Source: Candidatus Zixiibacteriota bacterium
GTDB taxonomy: Bacteria > RBG-13-66-14 > B26-G2 > WVWN01
DNA: 64,000 nt
Reading direction: 5' to 3'
NCBI GenBank assembly: GCA_050117845.1
Contig: JASFLY010000005.1
Location: 69,512 to 133,511 of the forward strand
Below, in pieces: positions 58,311-64,000 of this stretch. The position numbers were made by a program, and so were the translations under genes. Positions within the stretch are counted from its first letter, which is position 1. Each line of letters starts with the position of its first letter. A model generated the notes under the pieces. The model was not told the origin of the DNA. It ran no database searches and saw nothing but the letters and a program-made list of their open reading frames with translations.

Positions 58311-59642
58311 TCAATGGCTGACCGGCCCGAGGTACGTCTGGTAATCGAAGGCCGGGCTCCGCTCCGCGTCGTGGCATTTGACACACGTGGCCTCGGTCAC
58401 GGCCGCGGGGTGCAAGGCCGGCGTCCCGGCGTGGCCCTCGCCCGGGCCGTGGCACTCCTCGCACCCGACGCCCGCCGCGGTCGGCGGGTCCGTCGTCCAC
58501 AGGAAGCCTCCCCGGTAGCCGTACCCCGTGACGTGGCACGCTACGCACTCCGGGTCCTGTTCCCGGCCGACCTCCACCAGGGAGTCGTACGCCGCGGCGT
58601 GGGCCGTCCCGTGCCACTGCTGGGTCGGCCCCGGGTGGCATTGGGCGCACGTGCCGCCGCCGACGTATAGGAAGCCGTCCGGCGGGATGTCCTCCGGCGG
58701 CTTTAATAGTTTCTTCTCCTCGACCAGCCGGCGCAGTTCGGCATAATATTTATCTACCAGCTTCTGCGTCTCCTCGTCCTTGGCCGTTTCCTTAGTTACC
58801 GGGAGAACCGTGTTCGTCGCGGCGATGACCTTGCCGCCCTCGTCGAGCGTCAGCTTGAGCATCCCCACGTAGCGGTTCCGGCTGCGCGTATAGACCACCC
58901 ACCGGCCCTTGACCTCCTCGGCGTCGGGCGTCCGGCCGCCGCGGTGGCCGCCGATGACGACGGCTATTTCCTTCGGACACCCCCGGGCGAAGTCCCGGGC
59001 CTTATCGACGTTGCCGACGTGGGCGAGGCAGATAATGAGGTCCACCCGGCCGGCGAGTTCCCCGGCCGCCTTCTTGACGGCCTTCTTGTAGTCGCCGATT
59101 TCCGCCGACCCGAGGTCCTTGCCGGCGGCGAGTTCGGCGTTCACGAAGCCGACGATGCCGACCGAATAGCCGCCGCGCTCGACCACGGCATAGGCGGGGG
59201 CGAACGGCTCCCCGGCCACGGCGACGTTCGCCGATATTGCCGGGATGCCGTACTCCGATACCAAATCTTCCAGGAAATCGACGCCGTAGTTGAAGTCGTC
59301 CTCGCCGACGTTGACGGCGTCGTAGCCGAACTGGCCGTAGGCCTCGGCCGTTATTTCGCTCTTGAGCTGGTCCTGAACGCCGACGGTGGGGCTTACGAAG
59401 TCGCCGGTATCGACGAACACCGCGTCGGGGCAGGCCGCCCGTAGCGCGTTTACGAGCGACGCCCGGCGGGCCAGGCCGCCGTACGCCAGCGCGTTGCACC
59501 CGCAGGACTCGACCTCGGCGCCGCTGTCCCCCGTGTAGATGATGACGAGTTCGCGGCCGGCGCTTTCTTCGGCCGCGCCGCACAGCGCGAGGGACGCGGC
59601 CGCCGCCGCGAGGGCCGTTTTAACCGTTCTTCTCACGTTCAA
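58311..59642 (-). CDS. UshA-like (metallophosphoesterase-like) domain fused to a tetraheme c-type cytochrome
   Basis: Signal peptide, 'ESCGC...GGLARRA', 'DTGD', 'IGGH'; CAQCH, CVACH, CEECH, CVKCH. Confidence 0.85.
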   Translation of the reverse strand: MNVRRTVKTALAAAAASLALCGAAEESAGRELVIIYTGDSGAEVESCGCNALAYGGLARRASLVNALRAACPDAVFVDTGDFVSPTVGVQDQLKSEITAEAYGQFGYDAVNVGEDDFNYGVDFLEDLVSEYGIPAISANVAVAGEPFAPAYAVVERGGYSVGIVGFVNAELAAGKDLGSAEIGDYKKAVKKAAGELAGRVDLIICLAHVGNVDKARDFARGCPKEIAVVIGGHRGGRTPDAEEVKGRWVVYTRSRNRYVGMLKLTLDEGGKVIAATNTVLPVTKETAKDEETQKLVDKYYAELRRLVEEKKLLKPPEDIPPDGFLYVGGGTCAQCHPGPTQQWHGTAHAAAYDSLVEVGREQDPECVACHVTGYGYRGGFLWTTDPPTAAGVGCEECHGPGEGHAGTPALHPAAVTEATCVKCHDAERSPAFDYQTYLGPVSH

Positions 59643-61063
59643 TAACCCGCCGCGGCGAGTTTCTCCCGCAGCTTTGCCGCGGCGCTACGTTCGTCGTAGC
59701 ATCCGACGTAGACGCGGTAGTTGTACTCTTTATCTTCGTCTATATAAACTTGCGGCTCGACGCGCGAGGATATCTCTTTGGCCAGGAGGTACGCGTAGCG
59801 GTGGGGTACGCCCTGCCGGATGCGCACGGCGTATTTCGGCTCGCCCTTCACCCGGACGTTCACAATTTCGCCGGCGACGGCCAGCGGTATCTCGCGCTTC
59901 CAGGGCATCTCCGGCGGCGCCACGCGCTCCGCGAAGACGCCCTCCTTCATCGCCCGGGCCACGAGGCCCTCTTCCTTGAAAGAGCCGCTGTAGGAGAAGA
60001 CGACCACGCCCTCGGCGCCGGCCTCCCGGGCCGCCCGGGCTTTCAGCGCCATCTCCTCGCCGATGGCCGCGTCGAACTTATCGGCCGGGACCTCGGGTAC
60101 CATGATGCCGGCGTAGACGTGCCGGCCGTTCGCCGCGCCGACGGCGTCCCCTATCTGTTTGCGGATGACGCCGGCGTCCCGGCCGTAGGCCATCGGCATC
60201 ACGGCGTCCACGTAAGAACCCGAAAGCCACGCCGTCCAATCCTGCAGGCAGGAGTTGTAGGCGGTGCCCCTCCGGGAGGCGAAGACGGCCGACGTAAGGC
60301 GGCAGGTCGGCTTCTCGGCCGCCATGCCCTCGTAGAGCCGATTTATGAATTCGCCGATTTTGGCCCGGCGCCAGTCGGCGAAGGCCGCGTCGTCGTCCAG
60401 GTCCTTGCCGGTCTCGGCCTGATAGCGCGCGATGGCCCCGGGGTGCCGGCCGAAGTCGGGGGAGGGGTAGCGAACGTAATCCAGGTGCAGGCCGTCGACG
60501 TCGTAGTTGACCACTATGTCCATGAAGACGTCGTACAGGTAGTCCTGGACCTCGGGCAGGGCGGGCTCGAGCCAGGCCATGCCCCACTGGTCCCAGGTAT
60601 CGCCGCGGCCGTTCTGGCTGAGCCAGTCGGGGTGTTCCTTCGCCGGGTGGCCGTCGGGCGTCGGCGTCTTTTTATTGAGGACGACGAAGGCCGTGACCCA
60701 GGCGTGGACCTCCAGGCCGGCGTCGTGGCCCCGGGCCACGAGTTCCTCCAGCGGGTCGAAGTCGGGGGCCTGGCCGGAGAGGTGGGGCGAGCGGGGCTCC
60801 GGGTTGGCGTAGCGGCGGTCGCGCTTGTTGGGAACGTAGAGGGCGTCGCCGCGGTAGCGCACCTCGTAGAACAGCGCGTTGAAGTTGTAGCGCGCGGCGT
60901 CGTCGACGATGCGGCCCACGTCGTCGGGGGAGTTCAGGTCCCAGGGGCAGACCCACATGCCCCGGAGTTCGGCGGCGGCCGCGGCCGTGCCCGGCAGCGA
61001 CGAGGCCGCGAGCGCCAACAGTACCAGTAAGCGTAACGTTTTCACATATTTCACGGCAACCAT
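59639..61063 (-). CDS. GHL10/YddW (DigH)-like glycoside hydrolase with C-terminal SPOR-like domain
   Basis: 'ELRGMWV', 'DPL', 'VHAW', 'YDVDGLHLDYVRYP', 'PMAY'; terminal 'YRVYVG...A..L'. Confidence 0.85.
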   Translation of the reverse strand: MVAVKYVKTLRLLVLLALAASSLPGTAAAAAELRGMWVCPWDLNSPDDVGRIVDDAARYNFNALFYEVRYRGDALYVPNKRDRRYANPEPRSPHLSGQAPDFDPLEELVARGHDAGLEVHAWVTAFVVLNKKTPTPDGHPAKEHPDWLSQNGRGDTWDQWGMAWLEPALPEVQDYLYDVFMDIVVNYDVDGLHLDYVRYPSPDFGRHPGAIARYQAETGKDLDDDAAFADWRRAKIGEFINRLYEGMAAEKPTCRLTSAVFASRRGTAYNSCLQDWTAWLSGSYVDAVMPMAYGRDAGVIRKQIGDAVGAANGRHVYAGIMVPEVPADKFDAAIGEEMALKARAAREAGAEGVVVFSYSGSFKEEGLVARAMKEGVFAERVAPPEMPWKREIPLAVAGEIVNVRVKGEPKYAVRIRQGVPHRYAYLLAKEISSRVEPQVYIDEDKEYNYRVYVGCYDERSAAAKLREKLAAAGY

Positions 61064-61155
61064 AATATGTAAAAATCCGGGCGGAGGCAAACCTTTATTT
61101 GTCGAGGAAAGCGTCCGCGAACCACGTTGAGTATAAATAATAATATGTCGGAGGA

Positions 61156-61238
61156 GTAGCGCCGGCGTTCCTGCCGGCGGATTTAAGGGGATAATTTAAC
61201 TCGACGGCCGGGGCAAGGGGCCGAAGCCCCTTGTCTAC
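61156..61238. repeat. Inverted pair of GTAG-led REP-like palindromes
   Basis: Plus strand GTAG-CGCCGGC-gttcct-GCCGGCG; minus strand GTAG-ACAAGGGGC-TTCG-GCCCCTTG. Confidence 0.6.
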
Positions 61239-61296
61239 CCAACGCCAACCTTGATTTGTATTGAACGCGGCCTAACGAAGGTGTTATATTCCCGCG

Positions 61297-63486
61297 ATGT
61301 TGTCCGAAGTCAAAGGCGAACGCTTCACCCGGGCCGACTGGATCCTCCTCGGCGCCGCGGCGCTGTGGGCCGTCGCGTTGCGGCTCCTGCTCCTTGCGAC
61401 CTCCTCCGGCCACGCCTTTTTCGCCTCGCCCATTATGGATATGCTGTACCACGACGAGTGGGCGCGGCGTATCGCCGGCGGCGACTTCTGGGGGAGCGAA
61501 CCCTTCTTCCGGGCGCCGCTGTACCCCTACTTCCTGGGCCTGTTGTACGCCCTGGGCGACGGCTCGACGTTCCTGGCCCGCGTCGTGCAGGGCTGCGTCG
61601 GCGGCGTGAGCGCGGCGCTGTGCTTCCTGTTGGGCCGCGAGGCTTTCGACCGGCGGGTCGGCGCGGCGGCGGCCTTCGCCCTCGGGACCCTCTGGACGGC
61701 CGTTTATTTCGACGTCGAACTCCTCCTCGTCGTCCTCGAGGTCCCGCTGGGCCTCGCCTTCGTCTACTTCGTGCTAAAGGCGACGCGCCGCTTCAGCTAC
61801 GGCTGGGCGGCGGCGGCCGGCGCCGCCCTGGGCCTCGGCGCGCTGACCCGTCCCAACGTCCTGGCGGTGGGCGTTCTCGTCTGGCTCGCGTTCGTGTGGG
61901 TCCGGGCGGTCGGGCGGGACGTCAAGATACCGTGGCGCCGAGTGGCCGGCGTGGTCCTCGTGCTGTACGCGGTGGCGGTGGTCTTCGTGGCCGGGAGCGG
62001 CATCCGCAACTACGTCGTCTCCGGCGAGCGTATCCTAATCTCGTGGCAGGGCGGCGTCAACCTCTGGATCGGCAACAACCCCGACGCCGACGGCATGACC
62101 GCCATCGTCCCAGGGACCTACGGCGACTGGTGGCGCGGCCACTACGAGTCCATCCGCATGGCCGAGGAGGCCGAGGGCCGGCCCCTCTCGCCGGGGGAGG
62201 TGGACCGTTATTACGTCCGCCGCGTCGGGGCCTTCGTCCGCGACGACCCGGCCGCGGCGGCGGGGCTTCTCGCCCGCAAGGCGTACATCATCACCAACGC
62301 CTACGAGGTCGCCAACAACTTCGACCTCTATTATCTGAAGAAAGCGTTCCCGGTCCTGCGCTACGACCCGGTCAGCTTATATATAATACTGCCGTTCGCG
62401 TTCTTCGGGATGTTCGTGCATCTGCGGCGGTGGCGGCGGCTCGCGCCGCTCTACCTCTTCGTGTTGGCGTACGGGGCCTCGGTCGTAATCTTCTTCGTGA
62501 ACGGCCGCTTTCGGATGCCCGTCGTCCCGTACCTCTGTGTCTTCGCGGCGGCCGCGTTTTTCTATTGGTGGGACAACGCCCGCCGCTGGAAACTCCGCGG
62601 CCTGGTGCTGCGGTTCGTCGCCCTCGCCGCGCTCTTTTTATATTGCGACGCCGATCCCTTCGAGGTGGCCCGGCGTTCCCAGTACGAGTCGCAGGCGCAC
62701 TATTCGATGGGGACCATCTATTTATCGCAGGGGAACCTCGATGCCGCGGAGGCCGAGTACCTGGCGGCGCTGGACGCGCCGGACAGCATCGCCGTCGCGG
62801 ACTCGCTGAACGACCTCGGCATTATCGCGGCCCGGCGCGGCGATGCGGCCAAGGCCGAAGAGTACTTCAAGCGCGCCGCCCGGGGACAGCCCGGCTACAG
62901 CAAGGCCTACAACAACCTTGGCAACCTGGCCCGCGACGCTGGTGACGCCGCCGCCGCCCGCGAGTACTACGAACTCGCCCTGACCGCCGACCCGGAGGAC
63001 GCCCGGGCGTACTACTTCCTGGGGAGGTTGCTCGCCGACGAGGGCGACGCGGCGGCCGCCGGGGCCCGGTTCGAACGCGCCACCTATTACCAGCCCAACT
63101 TCTCGTCGGCCTGGTACGAGCGCGGGAAGCTGGCCCGGGCCGACGGGGACTTCGGCGCGGCGGCCGAGTATTTCCGGGAGGCCCTGCACTTCGCGCCGGC
63201 CTCGACGGAGGCGCGGGGCGCGCTGGCCGACGCCCTCCATCAAGCGGGCGACTACGCCGGCGCCGAACGCGAGTACCGCTACCTGCTGGCGGTCGCCGAC
63301 GATCCCAGGGCCCACTACAACCTGGCATGCACGCTGGCCCGGCAAGGCCGCGACGACGAGGCGATGGCCGAACTGACCCGGGCGATAACGCTCGCGCCGG
63401 AGCGCTACCGCCCCATGGCCGCGGCCGACGGGGACCTGGCGCCCCTGCGCGGCCGCCCCGATTTCGAGAATCTGGTTAGTCGTTGA
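61297..63486 (+). CDS. GT-C (PMT-like) membrane glycosyltransferase with TPR repeats
   Basis: 'DMLYHD', 'FFRAPLYPYFL', 'LTRPN', 'GGVNLWIGNNP', 'RFRMP', multiple TPRs. Confidence 0.85.
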   Translation: MLSEVKGERFTRADWILLGAAALWAVALRLLLLATSSGHAFFASPIMDMLYHDEWARRIAGGDFWGSEPFFRAPLYPYFLGLLYALGDGSTFLARVVQGCVGGVSAALCFLLGREAFDRRVGAAAAFALGTLWTAVYFDVELLLVVLEVPLGLAFVYFVLKATRRFSYGWAAAAGAALGLGALTRPNVLAVGVLVWLAFVWVRAVGRDVKIPWRRVAGVVLVLYAVAVVFVAGSGIRNYVVSGERILISWQGGVNLWIGNNPDADGMTAIVPGTYGDWWRGHYESIRMAEEAEGRPLSPGEVDRYYVRRVGAFVRDDPAAAAGLLARKAYIITNAYEVANNFDLYYLKKAFPVLRYDPVSLYIILPFAFFGMFVHLRRWRRLAPLYLFVLAYGASVVIFFVNGRFRMPVVPYLCVFAAAAFFYWWDNARRWKLRGLVLRFVALAALFLYCDADPFEVARRSQYESQAHYSMGTIYLSQGNLDAAEAEYLAALDAPDSIAVADSLNDLGIIAARRGDAAKAEEYFKRAARGQPGYSKAYNNLGNLARDAGDAAAAREYYELALTADPEDARAYYFLGRLLADEGDAAAAGARFERATYYQPNFSSAWYERGKLARADGDFGAAAEYFREALHFAPASTEARGALADALHQAGDYAGAEREYRYLLAVADDPRAHYNLACTLARQGRDDEAMAELTRAITLAPERYRPMAAADGDLAPLRGRPDFENLVSR

Positions 63487-63546
63487 TATAATATTTTTAT
63501 CCGTGGCAATCGGGGCCCGAACGCGCCCCGGCAAGAGGTGAAAGTA

Positions 63547-64000
63547 ATGCTCGTGTGGAACCCGGAAATATCGATGGGCAACGTAATCCTGGGGAGTCTC
63601 CTGGTGTTGTCCGTCATCGGCCTTATCATGAACTACTTCCAGCTACGCAAGGGCTTGTCGCAGAAACGCGCCGAGTTCTTAATCACGCTGGCCCGCGATT
63701 ACCTGCTCGACCCGGACCTGATCGAACTCTATTACGAAATTGACTACGAGCGCTTCAAGTTCGACGAGAGCGTTCTCCAGACCGACCAGGAGAAGAAACT
63801 GGACAAGCTTCTATATATCTACGAGAACATCGCCCGCATGTACGTCATGGATAATATCAACAAGAGCGACATCCGGTACTTCGCGTACCGCTTCATCCGC
63901 GTCTACCAGAACCCGGAAGTGAAGAAGTACGTCGCGCTTCTGAACGGCTGGTACGGCAAGAAGCTGACGGTCAAGCCCTTCGAGGCCTTCCAGAAGGTCG
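63547..64000 (+). CDS. Hypothetical membrane-anchored protein (DUF4760-like), 3' partial
   Basis: RBS GAGGTG; MLVWNPEISMGNVILGSLLVLSVIGLIMNYFQL... open to the window end; not in the ORF track. Confidence 0.7.
   Translation, partial: MLVWNPEISMGNVILGSLLVLSVIGLIMNYFQLRKGLSQKRAEFLITLARDYLLDPDLIELYYEIDYERFKFDESVLQTDQEKKLDKLLYIYENIARMYVMDNINKSDIRYFAYRFIRVYQNPEVKKYVALLNGWYGKKLTVKPFEAFQKV

Noticed and set aside
61126..61136. Second LexA box (GTTGAGTATAA)
   Set aside because: Only one half-site matches; the left arm is absent.

Overview
GC-rich bacterial chromosomal window, probably from an uncultured diderm candidate phylum (inferred from AsmA, GT9, beta-barrel-type proteins and an unusual C-terminal motif). 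Much of it is housekeeping and envelope genes: a Wsp-like CheR-TPR/CheW end, ftsEX, asmA, a 7-GAF histidine kinase, aldehyde dehydrogenase, MgtE-N/NRAMP, UbiA-type DPPR synthase, WYL, rlpA, hutI, NCS2, rsmA, manC and several GT-C glycosyltransferases. The accessory region at about 3.4-15.7 kb is the most interesting part. (1) A candidate RiPP locus: 72-aa peptide, hairpin, EpeE/YydG-like radical SAM enzyme, then a SelW/Rdx selenoprotein that the ORF track missed. (2) tmRNA with an AT-rich islet at its 3' end. (3) lexA with a perfect palindrome inside its promoter (candidate new SOS box), followed by an inverted TA operon, a small accessory gene, a G-rich tract and dinB. (4) Eight small secreted proteins sharing a C-terminal '(A/G)(V/I)xxxS(L/I/F)GRV(K/R)A(L/I)Y(R/Y)' putative sorting signal; one contains an in-frame UGA in a CxxUxxC motif with a SECIS-like hairpin (candidate novel secreted selenoprotein). 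Mosaic REP/BIME-like palindrome clusters occur at about 52.1, 58.0 and 61.2 kb. All family assignments come from visual motif recognition, not database searches.
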